DNA of 64,000 bases from Caldilineales bacterium (GCA_019695115.1 JAIBAP010000013.1:36179-100178); one strand, 5' to 3'. Counted from the first letter of the stretch, positions 9,375-25,470 are shown. The notes: a model not told the origin generated them from the sequence alone. Numbers and translations are program-made.

Positions 9375-10121
9375 TCAGAGATGGCTCATTTCGGCAATGA
9401 CGCGGAAGCGGTTGACGAAATCGGCGCGCTCGCGGCCAATATCCTCGAACGTGTGCGCGACCTTCTCCAACCAGTTGCCGATCTGTCCGCGCATACGCTC
9501 GTCCAAAACCGGCAGACGCCGGGCCGCCTGGCTGAGCGAGTCTTCGTCGATGCCATGTTTGTGCGCCAGCGCCCGGATGCGTGCGGCTTCCTCGGCGGCA
9601 TCAGGTGGCTGGGCATAGAATTGCCCGGCAATCAGCATGGCGGCCAGATCGCGCCCCGCCAGCTCGATGCGGGCGCGGGCATATTGCAGCCCGGCATGGC
9701 AACTGGCAAAGGTGGGGCGCTGTTCGGATTGTCGGGCGAGCCTGGCCCATGATGCCTGGCAGTCTCTCCGCCCCGTCTCGCTGGCCAGGATCAGGTTGCA
9801 GAACGTGCAGGCATTGCTGATCGCGGTCATGGGCGCGCCGTCCGGGTCGGTGGTGACGGCGCCCACCTGGGCGACTTCGGCAAAGACATCCTGCACGCGC
9901 TGCACACAGGGCAGCGGCAATACCTGGGCGTGAGACCCAGGGGCCACCGCAGGCGTCGATTTGTCCCCCGTCAGTAACGCCTCGACCGCTCCGCGCTCGA
10001 AACGCCACTGCTGGCCGATCTTGGCGCCCGCGAGCCGGCCATCCTGCAACATGCGGTAGATGGTGGTACGGTCGACCTGGAGGAATTCCTGCACCTGCCT
10101 GGCATTGAGATAGTCGGTCAT
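9375..10121 (-). CDS. transcriptional regulator: excisionase/MerR-type HTH plus PocR-like sensory domain
   Basis: N-terminus LNARQVQEFLQVDRTTIYRMLQDGRLAGAKIGQQWRF (excisionase-family HTH). The remainder has a PocR-like Cys pattern (CTFCNLILASETGRRDCQASW ... FASCHAGL). Confidence 0.7.
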   Translation of the reverse strand: MTDYLNARQVQEFLQVDRTTIYRMLQDGRLAGAKIGQQWRFERGAVEALLTGDKSTPAVAPGSHAQVLPLPCVQRVQDVFAEVAQVGAVTTDPDGAPMTAISNACTFCNLILASETGRRDCQASWARLARQSEQRPTFASCHAGLQYARARIELAGRDLAAMLIAGQFYAQPPDAAEEAARIRALAHKHGIDEDSLSQAARRLPVLDERMRGQIGNWLEKVAHTFEDIGRERADFVNRFRVIAEMSHL

Positions 10122-10322
10122 GGCGCCTGCTTGCCTCTTTGTGCAATAAAGTACAATAGCATGCCATGATCTTAGCCGGCTCGCGCTTGCCGATCAATGA
10201 TCTAAATCATAGTGCCGCCCCCCCTGCGGCGATGACGATGGGCGTCGGGCGGGTGAATCCGTAGCCAAAACCGGTAAAAAAGAGAGCCAGCCAACCCCGA
10301 CAGGCAGAATCCCCGCTGCGAC

Positions 10323-11051
10323 TCAACTCCGGCCGTTCTGCACCGCCACGATCTCCGCCATGATCGCCAGCGCCGTCTCTTCGGGCCGCCGGCCGCCCAA
10401 CGCCAGGCCGATGGGGTTGTGGATGCGCCTCAAGGCTTCATCGCTCACCCCCAGCTCACGCAGCCGCTCGGCCCGCCTGGCCATGGTCTGGCGCGAACCG
10501 AGGGCGCCGATGTAGCGGGCGGGGCTGCGCACGGCCAGGGCCAGGGCCGGCAGGTCGATCTTGTCGTCGTGGCTGAGGACGGCGACATAGCAGCCCTCGT
10601 CCAGATTCAGGCCGGGGAGCAGGTCATCCGGCCAGCCCGGCAAGAGGTGGTCGGCGTGGCCGAAGCGGTCGGCGGTAGCAAAGGCCGGGCGAGGGTCGAT
10701 GACCGTCGTGCGGAAGCCGAGCACGCGGGCGAAGCTGACCAAGGCGATGGCGACATGGGCGGCGCCGATGATGATGAGTCGCGACGGCGGCGGGAAGACC
10801 TCGATGAAGAGGTCGTACTCCACCCCGCCCGCCACGAAACGCTCGCGGGTCGTTTGCTGATCACCCAGAAGCGCCTGCATCCGGCCGGCAACCTGCCGAT
10901 CGAGGTCGGGCTGACCCAGGCTGCCGGCGGTGCGGCCATCGGGCCAGGCCAGCATTCTGGCGCCCGGATTGGGGCCGGCCAGGACGGTGGCCGCAGCCAC
11001 CAGCCGGCCGGCTTCCAGGTCTTGCTTGAGTTGAGCGAAGATACTCGTCAT
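10323..11051 (-). CDS. XdhC/CoxI family accessory protein
   Basis: 242 aa with an N-terminal XdhC-type region and a Rossmann-like part LIIIGAAHVAIALVSFARVLGFRTTVIDPRPAF. Confidence 0.7.
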   Translation of the reverse strand: MTSIFAQLKQDLEAGRLVAAATVLAGPNPGARMLAWPDGRTAGSLGQPDLDRQVAGRMQALLGDQQTTRERFVAGGVEYDLFIEVFPPPSRLIIIGAAHVAIALVSFARVLGFRTTVIDPRPAFATADRFGHADHLLPGWPDDLLPGLNLDEGCYVAVLSHDDKIDLPALALAVRSPARYIGALGSRQTMARRAERLRELGVSDEALRRIHNPIGLALGGRRPEETALAIMAEIVAVQNGRS

Positions 11052-11069
11052 CGGGAATCGGGTAGGAGT

Positions 11070-11933
11070 CTAGCGCCGCACCTCGCCCAACAGCCAGCGG
11101 TGGTGCGCCCAGACCGCCTTGACCTGCCACGGCAGGCGGGCGTGATCCAGCCAGGCATAGTTGAGCACGCGCTGGCGCAGATCAGGCTGCTGGCCCAGGT
11201 AATAGGCCATGGTGCTCCATGTCCATGACTCGCCCGTAAACTGCCGCTCCAGCTTGCGGCTGCGGATGCCCAACCGTTTGAGCACTTCGTTGGCGGGCAT
11301 CACCGTGTCGGGCCAGGGCGGGACATCCAGCACACCCGTGGCGATGATCCTCACCCCGGCCTGCGCCAATGTCCGGCGCACCAGGCCGATGTTCACCCAA
11401 CGCTCGTCCACCGTGGGGAAGAAGTCGCGGTCGAGCAGCCATTTGCGCAGCCAGTAGCCCACCTGCAGGTTGTTGGGCATGGCCACGAAGACCAGGCCGC
11501 GGCTTAGGCGGGCCAGCTCATGCAACAACCCGGCCGCATCCGGCAGATACCACAGCGCCGCCCAGTTCCAGGTCAGGTCGAAGCTGGCGTCGGCGAAGGG
11601 CAAGGAGGGCCAGCGGTCGGGCGAGACGAGCGTCATCGCCGGCGACAGCCCCAACTCGCCCCAGATGCGTTGCACCTGCGCCGCCCGGTCTGCGGTGTCA
11701 TCCACCAACGTCACCCGGCAGCCGGCCTGGGCCAGGGGGACGCTGTTGATGCCGCTGACGCCGGCCATGCCGTAGATCGGCGCTTCCAGGGCCGTCTCCA
11801 GGCCGAAGCGCCGCCGGAGGCCCTCCAGGAAGTCGTTGAGGACAAAACGCTCGTAGACCAGACCCAGGCCTTCGTTGTAGTCGGTCAGGTATTTCTCCCA
11901 GATGGGGCGTTGGGCGTGTCCGGTGGGGGGCAT
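11070..11933 (-). CDS. class I SAM-dependent methyltransferase
   Basis: Methyltransferase core APIYGMAGVSGINSVPLAQAGCRVTLVDD. The start is placed at ATG 11933 (MPPTGHAQRPIWEKY...). The longer track ORF to 12362 reads through a DNA tandem repeat. Confidence 0.6.
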   Translation of the reverse strand: MPPTGHAQRPIWEKYLTDYNEGLGLVYERFVLNDFLEGLRRRFGLETALEAPIYGMAGVSGINSVPLAQAGCRVTLVDDTADRAAQVQRIWGELGLSPAMTLVSPDRWPSLPFADASFDLTWNWAALWYLPDAAGLLHELARLSRGLVFVAMPNNLQVGYWLRKWLLDRDFFPTVDERWVNIGLVRRTLAQAGVRIIATGVLDVPPWPDTVMPANEVLKRLGIRSRKLERQFTGESWTWSTMAYYLGQQPDLRQRVLNYAWLDHARLPWQVKAVWAHHRWLLGEVRR

Positions 11934-11946
11934 GGCGGTGGGGCGG

Positions 11947-12272
11947 GTAGGGGCGAGGTCGCCTCGCCCCGGTGGGGGGCATGGCGGGTGGGACGTGTAG
12001 GGGCGAGGTCGCCTCGCCCCGTCGGGGTGCATGGCGGTGGGACGTGTAGGGGCGAGGTCGCCTCGCCCCGGCGGGGGACATGGCGGTGGGACGTGTAGGG
12101 GCGAGGTCGCCTCGCCCCGTCGGGGGGCACGGCGGTGGGACGTGTAGGGGCGAGGTCCCCTCGCCCCGGCGAGTGCATGGCCGATGGGTCGTGTAGGGGC
12201 GAGGTCCCCTCGCCCCGGCGGTGCATGGCGGATGGGTCGTGTAGCGGGGCGAGGTCGCCTCGCCCCGCCCCG
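11947..12272. repeat. tandem repeat, 7 copies, period 49-50 bp, each with hairpin GGGGCGAGG-TC-(G/C)CCTCGCCCC
   Basis: GTAG anchors at 11947, 11997, 12046, 12095, 12144, 12193 and 12241. Inter-hairpin segments are also conserved (gcatggcggtgggacgt). It lies in the divergent intergenic region. Confidence 0.9.
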
Positions 12273-12381
12273 GCAATCATCCAATGTCAGGTCGCATCCT
12301 AGCACAAAGCCGGGCGGCGGGTATAATGGGAAGCGTCGCTTACGCTTGCGGTTCCGATTCACGTTTTACGCCTCACCCCCC

Positions 12382-13206
12382 ATGTCAATCTACCCCCTCA
12401 TCCTGCACAACGGCCAGCTGCTGCCCCAGGCCGATTGCCACATCCCCATCACCACCCCGGCCCTGGTCGGCGCCCTGGGCGTCTACGAGACCATCCTCGC
12501 CCGTCGCGGCAAAATCATCGCCCTGAATGAGCACCTGGCCCGCCTGCAAGCATCGGCCAGCGGCGCCCAACTGCACCTGGCCGCCGATCTGGCAACGCTT
12601 TGCCGTTGGTGCCGCCAGGTGTTGGCGGCCAGCGCGCCGGATGGGCTGGTGCGCGTCCTGGCGATGGACCTGGGCCGGCCGGAAGCGGACGTCTACATCT
12701 ATCAGATGTCCTACACGGCGCCGGCGGCGGCGGACTATGAGACCGGCGTGCCGGTGGTGGTTTATCACGGTGAAAGGGCGTTGCCGCTGGTGAAATCTTT
12801 CAATACCCTGGTGCCCGGCCTGGCCCGCAAGGCGGCCGTGGCCGCGGGCGCGCACGACGCCCTGCTGGTCGATCGCGATGGCTATGTGACCGAAGGCTCG
12901 AACTGCAATGTCTTCGTCGTGCAAGCGGGCGTCCTCCTGGCCCCGCCCCTGGGGGTGGTGCTCGAGGGCACGGTCATGGAACGCGTGATCCGGCTGGCCG
13001 CGGAACTGGCGATCCCCTGCCAACGCCGTCCGCTGCCGTTGGCCCAGCTTCCCCGCTGGGATGAAGCCTTCCTGACCTCGACCCGGCGCGGCGTCCTACC
13101 GATCAACCGGGTGGGCGATCATGTCCTGGGTGGGATCGGGCCGGTAACTGCGCGCTTGTGGGCGGCGTATCAAGCCTGGGAAGAGCTGCAATTGGTGAGC
13201 GATTGA
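12382..13206 (+). CDS. class IV aminotransferase (branched-chain aminotransferase / aminodeoxychorismate lyase family)
   Basis: MSIYPLILHNGQLL start and the fold-type IV motif VTEGSNCNVFVV. TATAAT at 12322-12327 lies about 55 nt upstream. Confidence 0.75.
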   Translation: MSIYPLILHNGQLLPQADCHIPITTPALVGALGVYETILARRGKIIALNEHLARLQASASGAQLHLAADLATLCRWCRQVLAASAPDGLVRVLAMDLGRPEADVYIYQMSYTAPAAADYETGVPVVVYHGERALPLVKSFNTLVPGLARKAAVAAGAHDALLVDRDGYVTEGSNCNVFVVQAGVLLAPPLGVVLEGTVMERVIRLAAELAIPCQRRPLPLAQLPRWDEAFLTSTRRGVLPINRVGDHVLGGIGPVTARLWAAYQAWEELQLVSD

Positions 13207-13288
13207 ACATCGTCGCCCATTGCGATGATTGACGTCTAGATTCTGCCATGTTACCCTCAAGCAGCGTCAACCACCCGGAGCAGAACTA

Positions 13289-13666
13289 ATGCCAGCAGCA
13301 AGCACGCCAGACCCATCGCTCGACCGCCATGAACGCTCACAGGCGCCAATCTCGCGCCTCGATTCGGCCCTCGCCGAGGTCGTGCAACGAATTGTCGATG
13401 TCGCTCAGCCTGAACGGATCATCTTGTTCGGGTCGATGGCGCGCCAACAAACGCTCGAGGACAGCGACATCGACCTTCTGGTGGTCAAAACTGGGGTGCA
13501 TCGCCGCCAACTGGCGCAGACCATCTATCAGCGGTTGGTGGGTGTGGGCGTGCCTGTGGATGTGGTAGTGGCTACACCGGATGACATTGCCCGATATGGC
13601 AAAGCCGATGCGTTGATCCTCAAATCGGCGCTTCAAGATGGCAGGTTGCTGTATGAACGGCAATAG
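13289..13666 (+). CDS. nucleotidyltransferase-domain protein (minimal NTase/MNT-like), no adjacent HEPN partner
   Basis: Pol-beta-type NTase motif ILFGSMARQQTLEDSDIDLLVV. The start is uncertain (ATG 13289 or the upstream start codon at 13229). Confidence 0.7.
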   Translation: MPAASTPDPSLDRHERSQAPISRLDSALAEVVQRIVDVAQPERIILFGSMARQQTLEDSDIDLLVVKTGVHRRQLAQTIYQRLVGVGVPVDVVVATPDDIARYGKADALILKSALQDGRLLYERQ

Positions 13667-13677
13667 TCGTTGGCCCC

Positions 13678-14865
<1,188 letters not shown>

Positions 14866-15023
14866 GGGAAGGAGATGGGAGATAGGTTATGGGAGATTGG
14901 CCAGTGGCGCGCGGGGTGAAGCAGAGCGCACTTTGGGGAGTATAAGCGGAAGGGGGGATGGCGGAGAAATGGTATACTGTCGCTGAGGCAGAGTCGTCCT
15001 CCATCCCGTTCAGGAAATTACCC

Positions 15024-15860
15024 ATGAGCTACGCCGAAACTACCCTCACGGCCAGTGATGGCCTTTCCCTTTTCGTCCGCGTCTGGATGCCGGACCAGCC
15101 CCCGCGCGCGGTTCTCGTCATCGTCCACGGCCTGGGCGAGCACGCCGAGCGCTACCCGCATGTGATCTCGGCCTTCCTGCCGCGCGGCTATGTCATCTAC
15201 GGCCACGACCATCGCGGCTACGGGCGCTCTGGCGGCAAGCGGGGCGATTTTCCTTCTTTCGAGCAAGTTCAGGCCGACCTCGACCAGGTGGTGGAGTCGG
15301 CGCGGCGGGCCTATCCCGGCCTGCCAGTCTTCCTCTATGCTCACAGCCTGGGCGGGATGTACGCCACCCACTATCTGGCCCGGCACGAACGCAAGATCAC
15401 AGCCGCCCTGCTCTCGGCCCCCGGCTACGGCCCCGGCCCCGACTTTAGCCCCAACCGCATCCGCCTGGCCCGCATCCTCGCGCGGCTGACCCCCAACCTG
15501 ACGCTCAAGAGCAGTTCCGAAGCGGTCTACAACCTCAGCCAGGAACCCGAGTCCAAAAAGGCATGGGAAGCCGACGCGCTGCGCCATGATTTCGTCACCG
15601 TGCGTTTTGCCTGGACGAATCTGCAAAAGGCAACGGAGGCGCAAGGGCTGCTGGCCACGCTGACCCTGCCCATCCTGCTCATCCTGGGCGATCTGGATAC
15701 GACCATCAACCGTCAGGCCATCCTCGATGCCGCCGCCATGGCCGGCCCAAATGTCACCTTCCGCCGCTACCCCTGCCTGCACGAGTTGCACAACGAGTTG
15801 CCAGAACTGCGCCAGGTGGTGCTGGCCGAGGCAGGGGAGTGGTTCGAGCGCATGGTCTGA
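15024..15860 (+). CDS. alpha/beta hydrolase (lysophospholipase / monoacylglycerol lipase-like)
   Basis: HGLGEH oxyanion region and nucleophile elbow AHSLGG. TGGTATACT (extended -10-like) at 14970-14978. Confidence 0.75.
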   Translation: MSYAETTLTASDGLSLFVRVWMPDQPPRAVLVIVHGLGEHAERYPHVISAFLPRGYVIYGHDHRGYGRSGGKRGDFPSFEQVQADLDQVVESARRAYPGLPVFLYAHSLGGMYATHYLARHERKITAALLSAPGYGPGPDFSPNRIRLARILARLTPNLTLKSSSEAVYNLSQEPESKKAWEADALRHDFVTVRFAWTNLQKATEAQGLLATLTLPILLILGDLDTTINRQAILDAAAMAGPNVTFRRYPCLHELHNELPELRQVVLAEAGEWFERMV

Positions 15861-15875
15861 GCGTGGCTGGCGCTG

Positions 15876-16727
15876 CTAACGGCAGGCCAGCCGCCAGGCC
15901 CGCAGGTCGAGCCGTTTGATGAGCGTGTCGAAGTTGCGCCGGTTGGCCTCGGCGCAGATCTGGTCTGGTTTGCCCTTGTATTCGATGCCAAACACGGCTT
16001 TGTTGGCGTCGATGAAAGGCAGGAGCAGGTCGCATTCACGGTATTGCAGGCACTGCTCGTTGACGGCAAAATCGAAATAGGCGACCAGCGTGGAAACCTG
16101 GGCCAGATCGTTTTTCAGACCGACCGCCAGACCGCGTGCATGCGCCTCCCTTGCCAGCCATTTGTTATAGGTCGCTTGCTGAGCTGCACGAATGGCAAAA
16201 CCGGTGTCGTTCGTGTATCCATCGACGTTATCCGGGTCAACGCCGTCGCAGCGCTTCGTCCGGGCCAGATCCAGGCGCGCTCGCATGATCGGCGCCAACA
16301 GGTCCAGGCGGCGAACATCCAACCAGCGCTCTCCCGGCCAATCGTCCAGGGGATTGCCCAACACCGCCGATGGGAACGAAGCCGCATCCTGACGCCATGC
16401 TTCGAAAGCGCCGGCATTGAAGTAGCAGATGACTTTGCTTCCGCGCTTGTGTAATTTGTCAATCGTTGCTGGCGGGGTGTCGAACAGGTCGATATCGTAA
16501 ACACTGACGGCCAGGGATGTGTCCAGCGCCCCTTGCAGTTGTATCTGCCAGCTGGCGCCAGGCGCCGGTCTCCACCAGCTGATGGCAGTGGCCGTCCGCA
16601 ATGGCAGCACGGCCAGGAGGAGGAGCAGAAGCAGGGGAAGGGAGTGGGGTTTCACAAGGCGAGGAAGGGAGGGTGGGTTCCGACGGAACGATGGCCAGAG
16701 CTTATCAGAGATAGCGGACAGGCACAA
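15876..16727 (-). CDS. secreted glycoside hydrolase, GH114-like (endo-alpha-1,4-polygalactosaminidase family)
   Basis: Signal-like LPLLLLLLLAVLPLRTATA, then WQIQLQG, VICYFNAGAFEAWRQDA, WLDVRR and DGVDPDNVDGY, which I recognise as the GH114 pattern. An alternative GTG start lies at 16655. Confidence 0.6.
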   Translation of the reverse strand: MCLSAISDKLWPSFRRNPPSLPRLVKPHSLPLLLLLLLAVLPLRTATAISWWRPAPGASWQIQLQGALDTSLAVSVYDIDLFDTPPATIDKLHKRGSKVICYFNAGAFEAWRQDAASFPSAVLGNPLDDWPGERWLDVRRLDLLAPIMRARLDLARTKRCDGVDPDNVDGYTNDTGFAIRAAQQATYNKWLAREAHARGLAVGLKNDLAQVSTLVAYFDFAVNEQCLQYRECDLLLPFIDANKAVFGIEYKGKPDQICAEANRRNFDTLIKRLDLRAWRLACR

Positions 16728-16780
16728 GGCCGGCGTGATGCCACGTCGCCGTCGCTGCCTCCCAGTCCGGCTTCAGACCG

Positions 16781-16819
16781 ATGAGAGTTGCCAACTTTGC
16801 GAAAGTTGGCAACTCTCAT
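16781..16819. promoter_or_regulatory. perfect 18-bp inverted repeat with 3-nt centre (atgagagttgccaacttt gcg aaagttggcaactctcat)
   Basis: Read directly. It lies in the divergent region between the GH114 gene and secA. Confidence 0.6.
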
Positions 16820-16960
16820 TGGCCCGTGTGACAGCTCGTTCATGATTGTTCTGTCGATTTTGCGATCGCCCAGGCGAGCGCCCGGCGCCGCTAGATGAGC
16901 GCGCACAACGCATCCTGATATGATTCCCGCTGCCAACCCCATAACCCGCCTTTGCGACTG

Positions 16961-16969
16961 TGCTATAAT
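16961..16969 (+). promoter_or_regulatory. extended -10 promoter element TGCTATAAT upstream of secA
   Basis: An exact TGnTATAAT about 50 nt upstream of the secA ATG. The same 9-mer recurs upstream of three other genes in the window. Confidence 0.6.
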
Positions 16970-17019
16970 GCAGGCTCATTGCCAAACAGCATCTCCCTTC
17001 CTTCCCACTCTCATCCACC

Positions 17020-20102
<3,083 letters not shown>

Positions 20103-20106
<4 letters not shown>

Positions 20107-20321
20107 CGCCGCCATCCGCCTGGCTGGAGCGTCTGCACCTGCAAGCGCCCGCCGCCATCTTCATCGACGCTTTCCGGCCGTTGGGCTGGTTTGCGAGCGA
20201 GATGCTGGCGGCGGCGGCGCCCCTGCTGCCGGTGGAACGCGACCGGGTGGAACGATTGGCCCGGCGCCTGGGCGATGAAGGGAAGCCGGAGCAACCCGCC
20301 CGGCCAGGAGAGGAGCCATGA
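20103..20321 (+). CDS. hypothetical small protein (72 aa), translationally coupled to secA
   Basis: Its ATG overlaps the secA stop (ATGA) and its stop overlaps the next ATG (ATGA). I recognise no motif. Confidence 0.35.
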
Positions 20322-20764
20322 GCGGCGATCTCAGTGCAACCGACAGCGCCAGCCTGGCCCTGCTCGTGGCCCTGGCCCTGCTCGTCCTCTCGTTCCGACG
20401 TCGTTCGGCGCCATCGTCGCAGCCGGACGACTGGCTGCTGAAAACCAGGGCCGAGCGTGAGGCCTCGGAATCCGGCCAACCGGCCCTCTCGCTCAGCCTG
20501 CTGGAACCGGCGGCTGGCGATGGCGACCCGCCCGCCTCCCTCCCCGGCGACCTGGCCTTGCTCGGTCGCCCTCCCCTCTCGCCCCGCCGCCTCTCTTCCA
20601 CCGACGCGGCTGCCGCGCCCGTGCTGATACTGCTCGACCCCGACGCCGCCATCGGCGAGCAGGCGGTCGAGGGCCGCATCGACCCGGTGGTGGGCCGTTG
20701 GGCGCGGCTGTTGGTGGTGGCCTTGCTGCTGGCTGTGTTGGTGCTGCGATTTATGTTCGGGTGA
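20318..20764 (+). CDS. hypothetical membrane protein (N- and C-terminal TM helices)
   Basis: ATGA overlap with the preceding ORF. Hydrophobic segments LALLVALALLVLSF and LLVVALLLAVLVLRFMF. Confidence 0.4.
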   Translation: MSGDLSATDSASLALLVALALLVLSFRRRSAPSSQPDDWLLKTRAEREASESGQPALSLSLLEPAAGDGDPPASLPGDLALLGRPPLSPRRLSSTDAAAAPVLILLDPDAAIGEQAVEGRIDPVVGRWARLLVVALLLAVLVLRFMFG

Positions 20765-20827
20765 ACAGTATCGCGGGCGACAGCCTCGTGTTCTCGTTCG
20801 TCGCTATCCTCGTCAAGGAGTACCATC

Positions 20828-21241
20828 ATGACCGTGAAAGACATCGTACTACCTTTGCCAGAAGATTTGTATATTCGGCTGGAACAAACAGCCCGTGCGA
20901 CCAAACAATCCTTCACCGACATGCTGGTGCGCGCCGTACGCACGGGCAGCCCGCCCGATTGGTCACAAGCACCGGCGGCATTCCAGACCGACCTGGCCGC
21001 GCTCGACCGGCTCGACGACGATTCCCTGTGGCGCATTGCCCGCACCCGGCGCAGTCAAGCCGACGCCGCACGCCTGGAATCACTGTTGGAAAAGAACGCC
21101 GACGGCACGATCAGCGCCGCCGAGCGCCTGGAGATGGAAGGCCAAATTGCCGAGGCTGACCGGCTGATGCTGCGCAAGGCCCACGCCGCCGCCTTGCTGC
21201 AATGGCGCGGGCACGCTGTACCGCCATTCGAAAGGCTATGA
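20828..21241 (+). CDS. hypothetical protein; its C-terminal helical module is paralogous to ORF 36578-36943
   Basis: 137 aa. C-terminus ...AARLESLLEKNADGTISAAERLEMEGQIAEADRLMLRKAHAAALL. It sits 4 nt upstream of the HNH gene. Confidence 0.55.
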   Translation: MTVKDIVLPLPEDLYIRLEQTARATKQSFTDMLVRAVRTGSPPDWSQAPAAFQTDLAALDRLDDDSLWRIARTRRSQADAARLESLLEKNADGTISAAERLEMEGQIAEADRLMLRKAHAAALLQWRGHAVPPFERL

Positions 21242-21245
21242 CCCG

Positions 21246-21671
21246 GTGGCGATCCATCTGCCGACGCACGTGCGTCAACGTCTGATCCAGGCGGATGACC
21301 ATCGCTGCGCCTATTGCCATACGCCCCAGGCCAACAGCGGCAGCCCAATGGCGGTCGACCACCTGATCCCGCGCAGCAAAGGCGGCGCCACCGTTTTCGA
21401 AAATCTGTGCTTTGCCTGCTATCGCTGCAACCTGTACAAAGGCTCTCTGGTGGAAGCCATCGATCCGCTTGGCGGCGAGGTAGCATCTCTTTTCCATCCC
21501 CGAAGCGACCGATGGGATGAGTATTTTGCCTGGGATGAGGCCGGTCTTCGCATTCACGGCCTGACACCCACTGGCCGGGCGACGGTCACAGCCCTCAATA
21601 TGAACAACGCCATCATCATCGAGGCGCGCCGCAACTGGGTTCGGCTGGGCTGGCGTCCTACGACTGGCTGA
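21246..21671 (+). CDS. HNH endonuclease
   Basis: HRCAYCH ... AVDHLIPRSKGG ... NLCFACYRCNLYKG (HNH/His-Me finger with Cys pairs). GTG start. Confidence 0.85.
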   Translation: MAIHLPTHVRQRLIQADDHRCAYCHTPQANSGSPMAVDHLIPRSKGGATVFENLCFACYRCNLYKGSLVEAIDPLGGEVASLFHPRSDRWDEYFAWDEAGLRIHGLTPTGRATVTALNMNNAIIIEARRNWVRLGWRPTTG

Positions 21672-21692
21672 TTGGCGCACCAGGTGTCCTCC

Positions 21693-24875
<3,183 letters not shown>

Positions 24876-24892
24876 CGCCCGCCGCCCTGATC

Positions 24893-24901
24893 TGCTATAA
24901 T
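24893..24901 (+). promoter_or_regulatory. extended -10 promoter element TGCTATAAT
   Basis: An exact 9-mer about 30 nt upstream of ATG 24931. Confidence 0.55.
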
Positions 24902-24930
24902 GGCAATAGTCATCCCACGCCGATGCCAGT

Positions 24931-25470
24931 ATGAAAGAGTCAACAGCGGCCCGCCAGGGCGCCAGAGTCAAGAAGTCTGAATTGGTCTCACCCTATGATC
25001 GCATGATTGCATCACAGGAACGAACTGCAGCCCAAATCGACAAACTGGAGCGGGCTGTGAAACGAATACGCAGGGATCTGGGGGACGTAACACAATATAT
25101 GAGGTACGATCTCCAAAATGAAGCCTATCGCATGTTGCCGCCTTTGCTGGCAAATGAGTATGGCATCCACCTCAGCGAGCGCCTCATCCGCACCGAAATC
25201 GACGGTATGGAAATCGATTTCTTCGCCCGTGGAGAACGCGAGGGGCAAGCAGTCTGTGTGATCGGAAAAGCGGATCAGCGCATGCACGAACGCGACGAAG
25301 CACGATTAGAGATGATTTTCGATCAACTGGATCGACAGGCAAAGGCCGTTCAACAGCAATACCCTGATTGCGAGATCGTGCAACTGGTCGTCACCCACTT
25401 CGCGCAGCCGGAGATGCTGCAGAGGGTGCGCGAGCACGGGCTGCTGGTGGTGCAGAGTTTCGAGTGGTAG
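24931..25470 (+). CDS. hypothetical protein, coiled-coil N-terminus plus possible PD-(D/E)XK-like (DUF3782-style) C-terminal domain
   Basis: 179 aa in a locally lower-GC stretch. The architecture (helical N-terminus, then EIDGMEIDFFARGEREGQAVCVIGKAD ... IVQLVVTHF) resembles DUF3782-type restriction-endonuclease-like proteins, but the catalytic motif is not clean. Confidence 0.45.
   Translation: MKESTAARQGARVKKSELVSPYDRMIASQERTAAQIDKLERAVKRIRRDLGDVTQYMRYDLQNEAYRMLPPLLANEYGIHLSERLIRTEIDGMEIDFFARGEREGQAVCVIGKADQRMHERDEARLEMIFDQLDRQAKAVQQQYPDCEIVQLVVTHFAQPEMLQRVREHGLLVVQSFEW

Noticed and set aside
10122-10322. 200-bp gap between the PocR regulator and the XdhC gene as a possible ncRNA locus
   Set aside because: Only a weak promoter-like TGCTATTGT (minus strand) is visible. 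I could find no convincing conserved structure or repeat by eye.
11934-12362. N-terminal extension of the methyltransferase ORF with repeated GRGDLAPTRPT (RGD-like) motifs
   Set aside because: The peptide repeats are simply the translation of the 49-bp DNA tandem repeat. The period is not a multiple of 3, so the peptide units change frame. A sensible ATG at 11933 follows the array.
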